Of a stretch of 64,000 nucleotides of DNA, positions 32,787-42,525 are shown piece by piece (within the stretch, counting starts at the first letter, position 1; the number at the start of each line of letters is the position of its first letter). The translations under genes and the position numbers were made by a program. Below the pieces are notes generated by a model. The model made no database searches and was not told where the DNA came from. It saw only the letters and a program-made list of their open reading frames with translations. The stretch covers positions 4,416,001 to 4,480,000 of the forward strand of contig OZ241986.1 in the NCBI GenBank assembly GCA_965204375.1. The letters are read 5' to 3'. This stretch comes from Candidatus Latescibacterota bacterium. GTDB lineage: Bacteria > Latescibacterota > UBA2968.

Positions 32787-32863
32787 CTAAAGTGAGGTAA
32801 CTCCAAGGTTTCATAAATTGGTTGTGATATCTACCAGAAGCGATGCGAGAGGATAAGACTTCA

Positions 32864-33658
32864 ATGAATCTAAACAATCCCATTTTTATTGTGGGCTGTG
32901 GACGAAGCGGAACATCAATGCTTACAAACATGATGGCAACTCATGAGGATATCGCGGTTTTTCCTCATGAAGGTAATAATTTTTGGCACCCAAAATCTTA
33001 TCCATGGCGACAATCGAAGGGCAATAGAGTACCTATATGGTTAGATCCACGCTGTTTTACACACACTTCATTACAAGATTGGACCGATCAGGACAAAAAA
33101 AAAATAAAAGACACGTTCACCAAATTTCAAAGAATATCTAATAAGGAATATTTCCTAAATAAAAGTACTATGATCATTTTTATGATTGACTTTATTTTAG
33201 AGTTATTTTCCGAAAGTCGTTTTATTCATCTGTATCGTGATGGTAGAGCTGTTGCGTTTTCTCATGGCAGGCGAGAATCTGTAAAAATGCAATTAGATCC
33301 CTTACTCTACAAAACAAGAGGTGTTTATTATTCTTGCGCCACATTATTTGAGAAGTGTGCTATAGCTTGGCGAGATCAAATATTAGAAATGGAGTCACAG
33401 ATAAAAAAACTGCGAAAACGTGGTATTATTCACGAATTGAGTTATGAAACTCTTTGTGAAAGTCCCATTCACTCCCTCGTTGGAATAGCATCCTTCTTAG
33501 GAGCGGATCCAAAGAAGTTCCAAAGAGATATTATTCCCTTAACAAAGAATATGAACTACAAATACAAACAAGCCCTAACACCTTTCTTCATAGACTATTT
33601 AACTGAGTTGATGAAACCTGCGTTAAAAATAAAAGGGTATTTACCGGCAATTGCATAG
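32864..33658 (+). CDS. PAPS-dependent sulfotransferase
   Basis: IFIVGCGRSGTS (5'-PSB), IHLYRDGRAVAFS (3'-PB) and LSYETL. Confidence 0.88.
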   Translation: MNLNNPIFIVGCGRSGTSMLTNMMATHEDIAVFPHEGNNFWHPKSYPWRQSKGNRVPIWLDPRCFTHTSLQDWTDQDKKKIKDTFTKFQRISNKEYFLNKSTMIIFMIDFILELFSESRFIHLYRDGRAVAFSHGRRESVKMQLDPLLYKTRGVYYSCATLFEKCAIAWRDQILEMESQIKKLRKRGIIHELSYETLCESPIHSLVGIASFLGADPKKFQRDIIPLTKNMNYKYKQALTPFFIDYLTELMKPALKIKGYLPAIA

Positions 33659-33757
33659 GAAATTATTATAAGTGCATGGAGTTACCCAACGTCAGCGTCG
33701 AAATCCACAAACCATTTGAGCTTATTAAACAATACTTCGGACAGTTTTTAGGTGTAG

Positions 33758-34660
33758 ATGACCGATGAGAAGCCGGTGGTTTCCTGCCACAATCGGCTTA
33801 GAGAAGCCCTCTATCCGAGTTGCTTGCGTCCAACAAGGGAGGTGAAAAAGTATTACGAGCGCACAATCCGGGACTTATCCATCACTTGTCTGCGCGTTGC
33901 GCGCAAGCAGGCGGGTCGCGCAGTCTATCTGAAGTTGGAAGAACGACAGTTTTTCTGCTCTGACTGCACGCGTCATTTTAGTGAACGCTTCTCCTTTGTC
34001 CGGCCTAATCGAACCACCACAACCCGTTATGAAGCCTACCTTTTTGAGCGTTGTGAGAAGACGCCGATCTCTCAGATAGCAATTTTGGAGAACCTGTGCT
34101 GGGTCTGTGGTGCAGGCGATTTATGTACGTCACGCCAACGATCATATCGCAAGTGCCGAAGGAGTGCGCTTTCTCGGCATTGACGAGTTAGTAGGGACAT
34201 AAAAGCTATGTCATGAGACAACTTCATCAGGCACTTGACAAGTATCGTCGTGCCATGCGCCAGCAGAAGAACCCGGATGAAGAAGCACTCAAACACCTTA
34301 AGTGTATCTTACTTAAAAATTTAGAATACCTAATTTAAGAAGAACCTACACGCATAGAACAGGCATTTCAAGCTTTCCCTCAACTCGAACAAGTCTGGCA
34401 ATTGAAAGAAGACCTGTTCCTGCGATTTGAAACTTCGATATCCGGATCTGTTTGTGGGCACGCTTGAAAGGTGGCGAAAGTATATTGTCGCCTTCTTTCA
34501 GCACCTGCTTGCGCGGAAAACCTGTACACAGGCAAGTCGGATTACGAATAGACTGATGGAGGGCATCAATAATCTGATCAAAACCATCAAACGAATGGGG
34601 TATGGTTTTCGCAACTTCGACCACTTCCGCATAAGAGTCCTCTGCGAATGTCGAGGATAG
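33758..34660 (+). pseudogene. ISL3-family transposase remnant
   Basis: RTIRDLSI...CSDC zinc-finger region, GIDE and EGINNLIKTIKRMGYGFRNFDHFR in broken frames. Confidence 0.85.
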
Positions 34661-34726
34661 ACGCTCAGCCTAAAAATCTTACATAAACCAAATTCAAAAA
34701 TAACTTTCTGATCTCGTGAGGAGTAT

Positions 34727-35809
34727 GTGAAAATTATCCTTGTTGCAGGTGCGCGGCCCAATTTTATGAAAGTTGCCCCGCTGTGGAATCAACTGACCGA
34801 GACACCCGATTGGTTTGAGCCGATTCTGGTGCATACGGGCCAACACTACGACGACCTCATGTCCGAGATTTTCTTGCGAGACTTAAATCTACCCAGACCG
34901 CATTATGAATTGAATGTAGGGTCGGGCAGTCACGCGTATCAGACGGCGCAGATCATGACGGGTTTTGAGAAGGTTTTATCGTTGGAAAGACCGGATTGGG
35001 TGCTCGTCGTTGGGGACGTAAATTCCACTTTGGCATGTGCGATGGATGCCGCAAAATTGCAGATTCCCATTGGACACATAGAGGCAGGGTTGCGAAGTTG
35101 GGATCGGTCGATGCCCGAAGAGATCAATCGAATCGTTGTGGATGCCATATCTGATCTTTTGTTTGCACCCTCGAAGCAGGCGTGTGAAAATCTAAGGCGC
35201 GAAGGCATAGAAGATCGCCGCATTCATTTTGTGGGCAATGTGATGATCGATTCTCTGATGTTGCTATCCCCCAAAGCCGATGAATCCCGCATCCTGGACA
35301 TACACGGTTTATCGGTTCGAGAATACGTTTTTCTAACCCTCCATCGCGCCTCAAATGTCGATTGTCCAGATACGTTGGCTGGCATTGTATCCGCGTTGCA
35401 AACCCTCAGATGTCCAATCGCATGGCCTTTGCATCCGAGAACCCGCAATCGCCTGTCCCAATTTGGTTTTTTGAAAAGGCTTGGGAAGATGCGCCATATC
35501 AAACTTATGGATCCCGTTGGCTACCTCGATTCTTTGAAACTTCAGAAAAATGCAAAATTTGTGATGACAGATTCCGGGGGATTGCAAGAAGAGACAACGG
35601 CTTTGGGGGTGCCGTGTTTGACGCTTAGAGAGAATACAGAACGACCAGAGACCATAAATATTGGGACGAATACACTTGTGGGTGTTTGTCCCGAACGCAT
35701 TGTTGCAGAGACTGAATCTGTTTTGAATGGGCAGTATAAATCCGGTTGCTTGCCCGAGTTGTGGGATGGTAATGCCGCAGAGCGTATCGTTGCTGTATTA
35801 AAAAATTAA
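34727..35809 (+). CDS. wecB: UDP-N-acetylglucosamine 2-epimerase (non-hydrolysing)
   Basis: GARPNFMK, HTGQHYD, HIEAGLRS and TDSGGLQEE. Confidence 0.93.
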   Translation: MKIILVAGARPNFMKVAPLWNQLTETPDWFEPILVHTGQHYDDLMSEIFLRDLNLPRPHYELNVGSGSHAYQTAQIMTGFEKVLSLERPDWVLVVGDVNSTLACAMDAAKLQIPIGHIEAGLRSWDRSMPEEINRIVVDAISDLLFAPSKQACENLRREGIEDRRIHFVGNVMIDSLMLLSPKADESRILDIHGLSVREYVFLTLHRASNVDCPDTLAGIVSALQTLRCPIAWPLHPRTRNRLSQFGFLKRLGKMRHIKLMDPVGYLDSLKLQKNAKFVMTDSGGLQEETTALGVPCLTLRENTERPETINIGTNTLVGVCPERIVAETESVLNGQYKSGCLPELWDGNAAERIVAVLKN

Positions 35810-35854
35810 TCCTGTCCTAAAAATCAAATAGATTTGCTCTGAGAGGATGACACA

Positions 35855-37201
35855 ATGGCTATAACAGAAAGATTACCCTGGAGAATCGCCGATCCCATAC
35901 ATCTGCTAAAAGAGAAGATCGCCTCGCACGAAGCGCAGGTGGCAGTGATGGGATTGGGATATGTGGGATTGCCTTTATCTGTGGCATTGGGTAAGGTGGG
36001 ATTTTCCGTCACGGGAATCGATACATCGGCGCGCAAAGTAGAGCTAATAGAATCGGGAAAGTCCGATGTGCAGGGTGTATCGGAATTTGAGGTGACAAGT
36101 CTTAAAACTGTGGGGAAATTGACAGCGACTCGAGAATGCGATGTGCTCAATGAGGCCGATGTGGTGGTGGTATGTGTGCCCACACCCTTGAATAAAGCAC
36201 GCGACCCAGACGTCTCATTTATACAACAAGCATGTGATGCAATCAAAGACCGACTGCACTGCGGACAACTGGTGATTCTGGAGAGCACGACATATCCAGG
36301 TACGACTCATGAACTGGTATTGCCCCTTCTCGAAGAAAGTGGCTTGAAGGTTGGACGAGATTTTTTTCTGGCATTTTCCCCAGAGCGCGTCGATCCGGGC
36401 AACAGGGTTTATACCATCACCAACACGCCCAAAGTCGTGGGTGGTATTACCCCGTCTTGCACAAAAATAGGCACGCATTTTTACCGACAATCGATCGGCG
36501 AAGTCGTACCGGTCTCATCGACCCAGGCAGCAGAAATGACCAAGTTGCTGGAAAATACTTTTCGCAGTGTAAATATCGGCCTTGTCAATGAAGTGGCCCT
36601 GATGTGTGACCGCCTGGGGGTGGATGTTTGGGAAGTAATCGATGCCGCAGCGACCAAGCCGTTTGGATTTATGCCGTTTTATCCCGGTCCTGGGTTGGGC
36701 GGGCATTGCATCCCGGTTGATCCTCACTTTCTGGCCTGGAAGCTCAAGACCTTGAATTACAATGCGCGCTTTATCGAATTGGCCAGCGAAGTGACGCGTA
36801 GCATGCCGGGCTATGTGGTCGAAAAAATCACCGACGCACTCAACGAATACGAGCGGTGTTTGAAAGGCTCGAACATCCTGATATTGGGCGTGACGTATAA
36901 ACCCGATGTACGCGATATTCGCGAGTCTCCGGCATTGGATATTATAGAAATGCTTCAGGAGAAAGGGGTGAAGGTCTCGTATTGCGATCCGTTTGTAGAT
37001 CACTTGCAGACAGAAAGCCTGGACTTGAAGAGCATTACTTTAAATAAAAAAAATACAACTGAAGCCCATTGTGTGGTGATAGTGACACATCACAGCAATT
37101 GGGATTATGAATGGATAGTAAGGCACGCGCGTTGTATTGTCGATACGCGCAATGCCACGCAGGCTGTATCTGGCAAGAAAGATCACGTTTTTAAATTATA
37201 G
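35855..37201 (+). CDS. UDP-HexNAc dehydrogenase (WecC/WbpA family)
   Basis: GLGYVGLP, ESTTYPGTT and GGHCIPVDP. Confidence 0.92.
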   Translation: MAITERLPWRIADPIHLLKEKIASHEAQVAVMGLGYVGLPLSVALGKVGFSVTGIDTSARKVELIESGKSDVQGVSEFEVTSLKTVGKLTATRECDVLNEADVVVVCVPTPLNKARDPDVSFIQQACDAIKDRLHCGQLVILESTTYPGTTHELVLPLLEESGLKVGRDFFLAFSPERVDPGNRVYTITNTPKVVGGITPSCTKIGTHFYRQSIGEVVPVSSTQAAEMTKLLENTFRSVNIGLVNEVALMCDRLGVDVWEVIDAAATKPFGFMPFYPGPGLGGHCIPVDPHFLAWKLKTLNYNARFIELASEVTRSMPGYVVEKITDALNEYERCLKGSNILILGVTYKPDVRDIRESPALDIIEMLQEKGVKVSYCDPFVDHLQTESLDLKSITLNKKNTTEAHCVVIVTHHSNWDYEWIVRHARCIVDTRNATQAVSGKKDHVFKL

Positions 37202-37349
37202 CATCGGAGTCCTTGTGGGCTTTTCCTATGAGGGCCTCGCTGATGACTTCTCAGGCACCTTTAGTTCTGCGTTCAGTATTGAAAAGAGCGAGTCCTTTTT
37301 GGCTCGTTCTTTTTTTAATTTAAAATGCCTATTCATCATCATTGCAAGT

Positions 37350-37612
37350 GTGCCGCAATGTTGTTTAAGATGCGTGGAAATCCTGGTGATCACGACCTCA
37401 TTCACCATCGCGTACCTAAACTGTGTGAATCGTGTGAAAAGAAACACTCGACAACGAGTATTAAAAAATTAAATTTGTTTTTTAAGCCACCTTTCTTACG
37501 GGTTGGTGATACGGTCAGAGGCGTACTTTGCTTTAGGCAGTGAAGTATGCCTCTATTGTCATCCCGCAAAATGAGCGTATAACATAATGCCCCGCAATTC
37601 AAGACAAAAATG
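37350..37612. repeat. Copy of the divergent control region at ~15230-15500, including the truncated 5' end of the XRE-pentapeptide gene
   Basis: MVNEVVITRISTHLKQ versus MVNEVVANRISKHLKQ; extended DNA identity. Confidence 0.85.
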
Positions 37613-37641
37613 CAAGGGACAGTAAGACATCGGAGGTTCCA

Positions 37642-39924
37642 ATGGCAGCCAAACAAAATGAATCGTATGTATGTCCTCCCAAGTGCGAGTCGTTTAATAT
37701 TCCAGAGGATATCATGGATGAGGAGATTAAAATCATATGCAAGAGGCGAAAAAATGTCCAAACCGAGTCCCCCAATTCTGATGAACAAAAAGCCAAAGAA
37801 CCAGAACTCAGGAAAAATCTCGTCGGTCTGGCACTCTCGGGAGGGGGTATCCGGTCAGCGACTTTCTCACTGGGGGTTCTGCAAAGACTCGCCAAAGAGG
37901 ATTGCCTCAAACATGTGGATTACCTCTCGACGGTTTCTGGAGGCGGATACATCGGAGGTGCTTTGACATGGCTCCTCAGCGACAAAGTCAGGAGTCCAAA
38001 AAACGGCAGAGATTTCAGGACCACCAGTGACAAATTTCCTTACGGCGTTGAGGCCCCTCGAGAAGAGCAGCTACGCGAGAACGAGTCCAATATTCTCAAG
38101 CATCTGCGCCTGCACGGCAAATACCTCATGCCCGGCAAGGGAATCACGACAACATCGCTAATCGCCGTGATTCTCCGGGGCATCCTTCTCAATCTTTTGG
38201 TGTGGCTACCGCTGGTGGTCTTGCTTATGGTTGTGCTCATGTTCGTGTCGTGCGCTATTTGGTATATAGGGAGTTTCGGTGAGGCGACCAGCAGTTGGGA
38301 GGCTATATGGAGTGCTATCAAAGAGACCTGCTTGGCATGCATCGCTAAGAACGAGAGGGGACTTAATTTACTACTTTACCCCGCGGGACTCATGGGGGGC
38401 GTGTTCCTACTTGTCAGTATTCTTTATTCACTGTCCACTCGGAAACCCATTCTCAAAGACCCATACCTGAGACGACGAAAATTTGAGGAGTGGATCCGGT
38501 GGGTACTGTGGATAGGTCTGGGGCTCCTCGTGGTAGGATCTCTTCCAGTCGTGGAAAGATGGCTGGGTGACTACCTGGAGGAAGTCGGTGTCGCGTCAGT
38601 CTTGCTCGCTATCGTTAGTGGGGTGTTGGCTTTCCGCTCGGATAGCAATGGCAAAGGAAAGATTCCCCTCGGCGTTCTCGCACCGCTTGCGTCCATTCCG
38701 TTTTTCTATGGACTGGCGTTAGCGTCGTATAAGCTGGCCTTGTTGTACTTGGGGGCTGACCCTACCTGGATCAAATGGGTGCTCTTGGGAGGTAGTGTAT
38801 TCATCCCGCTCTTGACAGGTTGGTGTGTGAATCTCAACTACATCTCGATCCACCGCTACTATCGGGACCGTCTCATGGAAGCTTTCATGCCCTGCCCGAA
38901 TACGGACGGAAAACCCGCTGCAGCAATAAAAGCCGACAAAGCGAAACTGAGTGACATGTGGAGTAAGCACGCGCCTTATCATCTGGTGAATACCAATGTG
39001 ATACTGGTGGACTCGGACGATTCCAGATGGCGGGTGAGGGGTGGAGATGCTTTTCTTTTATCGCCAAAATATTGCGGTAGCACAGCGACGGGTTGGAGAA
39101 AAACCGCCTGTTATATGAAGAAAGACTCCCTTACCCTGGCGACAGCAGTAGCCATATCTGGGGCTGCTGCCAATCCGAACACAGGTGCCGGAGGCTCAGG
39201 ACCTACAAGAAAACCTTTGTTGTCCCTACTGATGTCCTTGCTGAACGTACGCCTCGGTTATTGGGTCCCACATCCCAACCCTGAAAAATCCAAGTTCCGA
39301 ATAGTCGCAAATCACTTTCGCGCTGCCTACCACGAACTAAGTCCGCGCGGCTACACAGAACACCAGAAGTTGCTTCAAATTAGTGACGGCGGTCATTTTG
39401 AAAACCTGGGTGTATATGAGTTGGTGCGCCGCAAAGTGAAACTAATCATCTGTTGCGATGGCAGCGCTGATCCCGAGTTTAGTTTTTCAGATTTGCAAGT
39501 TCTGGTGCGCCGGATCGGCACTGACTTCGGAGCAAAAATCAAATTTGACAGCAACAACTATCTGGAACGCATCATTCCCCGTGATCCCGATCCCCAAAAG
39601 GTCATCGACCGACATCCGAACACCGACGCTTATCCCGTAGGTGTCAAGTTTGCGGAACGAGGCTATATCAAGGGCAAGATTATCTACCGGGACGGGTCCA
39701 AGAGTACGCTGATCCTGCTCAAAACAACAATGATCAAGGGCCTTGGCATACGGCTCAAAGGCTACAAAGGCGCACATCCTGATTTTCCCGATCAGAGCAC
39801 TGCCGACCAGTTCTTTGATGAAGAACAGTTTGAGGCATACCGAAAACTGGGTTACGAGATTGCAAAGAGAATGATCAACGACCCATGGGTAGGTCTTCAG
39901 AGACTGCTGGATGAATGTAGATAG
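37642..39924 (+). CDS. Membrane-associated patatin-like phospholipase
   Basis: GLALSGGGIRSA, STVSGG and SDGGHFENLG, with a central TM bundle. Confidence 0.85.
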   Translation: MAAKQNESYVCPPKCESFNIPEDIMDEEIKIICKRRKNVQTESPNSDEQKAKEPELRKNLVGLALSGGGIRSATFSLGVLQRLAKEDCLKHVDYLSTVSGGGYIGGALTWLLSDKVRSPKNGRDFRTTSDKFPYGVEAPREEQLRENESNILKHLRLHGKYLMPGKGITTTSLIAVILRGILLNLLVWLPLVVLLMVVLMFVSCAIWYIGSFGEATSSWEAIWSAIKETCLACIAKNERGLNLLLYPAGLMGGVFLLVSILYSLSTRKPILKDPYLRRRKFEEWIRWVLWIGLGLLVVGSLPVVERWLGDYLEEVGVASVLLAIVSGVLAFRSDSNGKGKIPLGVLAPLASIPFFYGLALASYKLALLYLGADPTWIKWVLLGGSVFIPLLTGWCVNLNYISIHRYYRDRLMEAFMPCPNTDGKPAAAIKADKAKLSDMWSKHAPYHLVNTNVILVDSDDSRWRVRGGDAFLLSPKYCGSTATGWRKTACYMKKDSLTLATAVAISGAAANPNTGAGGSGPTRKPLLSLLMSLLNVRLGYWVPHPNPEKSKFRIVANHFRAAYHELSPRGYTEHQKLLQISDGGHFENLGVYELVRRKVKLIICCDGSADPEFSFSDLQVLVRRIGTDFGAKIKFDSNNYLERIIPRDPDPQKVIDRHPNTDAYPVGVKFAERGYIKGKIIYRDGSKSTLILLKTTMIKGLGIRLKGYKGAHPDFPDQSTADQFFDEEQFEAYRKLGYEIAKRMINDPWVGLQRLLDECR

Positions 39925-40135
39925 TCAAAACAGGCACTCATTAAGAAATGAGGCCGGGCCTGGTGGACCTGTTGCGCCTGCCTGAAGCAACTCTTGAACC
40001 CCTCTCCATTTTGCGCGACCAATGGTGCGCCGAGCGTCCACGGCGACAAATCGACGCGGATTGACCTTTAAATCAGGTGTCGCGTATTGCGGCATTATTG
40101 TAAGAGGAAAACGAATGGTAGGAGGAATTAGGATA

Positions 40136-40774
40136 ATGAAAAGAGGATGCATCTCAGTGGATGATATTGATTGCTCAAAGCCCAAGCCCGTTGAGGAGTT
40201 CAGTTGTAGGTCCAATAACAGAAGACAAGGAGATTCAACGCTTGCTGATCTTGTCTCCGATTATATCGAAAAATATAGGGGCGGAATGAAGCGACGCTTA
40301 AGAGATTATAAGGATCAGCTCACCCTGAATGATGCGATTGAAATCGCTGCACTCTGCGTATCGTCCAATGGCAAACGTCATGGACACCAAAGGAGAATAA
40401 CACAGTCTGCACTTAATGAATCAGCAAGGAGACTCCTTGGTGTTCAGGACGAAATCAAAATGTGCAGGGACTTTGATAGTTTGAGAGGTTTTGTAGATAG
40501 CACAGTAAGGGGTATCCGTGGCATTGGACCTCTCACTATTTATGACACTGCACTGAGAATCGGAGCAAAACTTGACTTATATCCCAAGGCTGTCTATCTG
40601 TACAGAGGAGTGATTAGTGGCGCAAAGGCTCTTGGACTAAATTACAGGCAAAAATCAATACCAATTGAGGACATACCAGAGCCTATTTCGAGCAATCTTG
40701 AGCCTTATGAAATTGAGGATTTTCTATGTATCTACAAAGGGAATTTGTGGAATCTCAGGAGCAAAAATACATAA
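40136..40774 (+). CDS. Hypothetical protein with HhH-like motif
   Basis: IRGIGPLTIYD...EIEDFLC; start uncertain. Confidence 0.55.
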   Translation: MKRGCISVDDIDCSKPKPVEEFSCRSNNRRQGDSTLADLVSDYIEKYRGGMKRRLRDYKDQLTLNDAIEIAALCVSSNGKRHGHQRRITQSALNESARRLLGVQDEIKMCRDFDSLRGFVDSTVRGIRGIGPLTIYDTALRIGAKLDLYPKAVYLYRGVISGAKALGLNYRQKSIPIEDIPEPISSNLEPYEIEDFLCIYKGNLWNLRSKNT

Positions 40775-40939
40775 TCCCGTAACCGCCCGCTCTTTATAGT
40801 CGCTGATAACCTGCTATCGCAGTTGTACCCCGCTACGCGCCTCAAGTATAACATAAAAGCCTGCTGATCACAACCGATCAACGGGCTTTTTTTATAGTCA
40901 TCAGCACCGACGCACCACACTATCCTCTGCATGCCATTT

Positions 40940-41437
40940 TCAAACAAGCGGCCAAATTTGTTTCCCAAACACCTCATCTGGATAGAGCCCTATCACTGCC
41001 TTCTGTGACAAATGCTCTGCGTTTTTCGTCGGCTTGCTATTCAAAAACTCTTGAATGGTCTGAATAACTACCTTCGGTTTCAGATGCGGCTGTGCCCCAG
41101 GAACAACCGTGCGAATAAAGTCTATTGGTACATTTGGGAAGGCTCCTACACACCCAAAGTTGCGTTTGACTGCTCGAGACAACCGCGGTTTGTCCGAATT
41201 CTGTGCGTAAAAAAAATGAACATCAAAATCTTTTACTCCGCAACCACGACCTAAATACTGAAGCGCAGCACCTTGACATAGAGCTACGAGGATCAAGCGT
41301 TGGCGGTAAAATCCGATCAAGTGCGAATTGCGCTCAAAGAACGCCTTTTCCTCCTCGGCTGCTAGTGTTGCTAAGCTTCGAAGTTCATCCAAGGTCACTG
41401 GCTGATCAATATAGCTATTTTCCATAATAGACCTCAT
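40940..41437 (-). CDS. Hypothetical protein with nucleotidyltransferase-like motif
   Basis: CQGAALQY...GVKDFDVHFFY; start uncertain. Confidence 0.5.
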   Translation of the reverse strand: MRSIMENSYIDQPVTLDELRSLATLAAEEEKAFFERNSHLIGFYRQRLILVALCQGAALQYLGRGCGVKDFDVHFFYAQNSDKPRLSRAVKRNFGCVGAFPNVPIDFIRTVVPGAQPHLKPKVVIQTIQEFLNSKPTKNAEHLSQKAVIGLYPDEVFGKQIWPLV

Positions 41438-41660
41438 GCATTTAGGGATGGGCACGAGGAAGTCGTCAAACAGGCTCTTGTACAGGAAAGTGAGTTGGCA
41501 AAAAAATTTATATTATTCAATACCTATTGTCGAACTTTTTCTTTCACACGATTCACACATTTGAGATTACGCGATGAATTGACAGGCTATATTCCTTTTC
41601 TCAATCACAATAGTATTCGTCGTCACACTGTCATTGGGATATAGCACACAATACGGTTCG

Positions 41661-41689
41661 TTGACACTCCTTTGGCTTTGGGCTATATT
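41661..41689 (+). promoter_or_regulatory. sigma70 promoter, partial cassette repeat
   Basis: TTGACA-17 bp-TATATT. Confidence 0.75.
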
Positions 41690-41724
41690 GCAAAATAAGA
41701 AGTGTGAATTGGAAGATTTAAGTC

Positions 41725-41967
41725 ATGAATACTTATCGCAGGCGTCTTGTAGTCCAAGACCCCAAACAGATTGTGCTTTCTGATGTTCCTTTTCAAACAG
41801 GTCAAGAAGTGGAAATTACCCTGCGTTCAGTAGAGCAGCCCACAGTAGAGCGGAAGAATGAGTTACGCGCTCTGTTTAAGAAGACGCAATCACTTCCTCA
41901 GATTCAAACCCTCACAGAAGAGGATATTCTTGCTGAGATTGAAGCCTATCGGATTCGTATCAGCTAA
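41725..41967 (+). CDS. Small antitoxin-like protein (duplicate of 54359..54598)
   Basis: Near-identical paralog; LSDVPFQTGQEVEI. Confidence 0.65.
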   Translation: MNTYRRRLVVQDPKQIVLSDVPFQTGQEVEITLRSVEQPTVERKNELRALFKKTQSLPQIQTLTEEDILAEIEAYRIRIS

Positions 41968-42032
41968 CTGCTGCCCGCTGACCACTATCTTATAGTCACA
42001 CCTGACGTGAACATAAAACAAAAGGCAGTACA

Positions 42033-42347
42033 ATGCTGGACCAATCAACATTGGACGACATCATCCGGCGCATTGTAGAGGTCGCTCATCCGGAGAAGAT
42101 CATTCTCTTTGGGTCCGCCGCGAGGGACGACCTGAACCGCCATAGCGACGTTGACCTGCTCGTCGTAAAGGACGACAGTGATCCGTGGGCTGTTATGGGA
42201 GACATCTACGGGAATCTGCGCGGCGTTGGTGTGGCAGTCGATGCAATCGTGGTCACGCCAGCGCAGATGGAACGTTACAAGGATAGTCACGCACTGGTGA
42301 TCAAGCCCGCACTGCGGGAGGGAAGAGTCATATATGAAGCCGCCTGA
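42033..42347 (+). CDS. MNT minimal nucleotidyltransferase (antitoxin)
   Basis: LFGSAARDD...SDVDLLVV. Confidence 0.88.
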   Translation: MLDQSTLDDIIRRIVEVAHPEKIILFGSAARDDLNRHSDVDLLVVKDDSDPWAVMGDIYGNLRGVGVAVDAIVVTPAQMERYKDSHALVIKPALREGRVIYEAA

Positions 42348-42432
42348 ACGCTTCCCACTCGACGATCCTCGGGAATGGCTGAACCGCGCCAGAAGCAACC
42401 TGGTTCGGGCAAAAAACCGATTACCTTGTTGA
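42334..42432 (+). pseudogene. Truncated HEPN toxin
   Basis: MKPPERFPLDDPREWLNRARSNLVRAK, stopping after 32 codons; overlaps the MNT stop codon. Confidence 0.65.
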
Positions 42433-42525
42433 CGACCTGCTTGGGCAATGGTTCTACATCCGCTTCGGCATTTGCCCCTTCTTCTGTTCTAAGGTCAGGT
42501 TAGGAGAAGAGAAAGGAGACATCCG

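Larger units (their letters stand above)
31282..32805 (+). mobile_element. IS3-family element, degenerate (orfA 31473..31784; orfB frameshifted)
   Basis: OrfA HTH and coiled coil; OrfB fragments WVADITY, DAFSRRVVGW, YNPHRRHS; IRs TGGACTTGACCCGTTTTAGTGGACA / TATCCACTAAAGTGAGGTAACTCCA restored after removing the MITEs. Confidence 0.9.
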
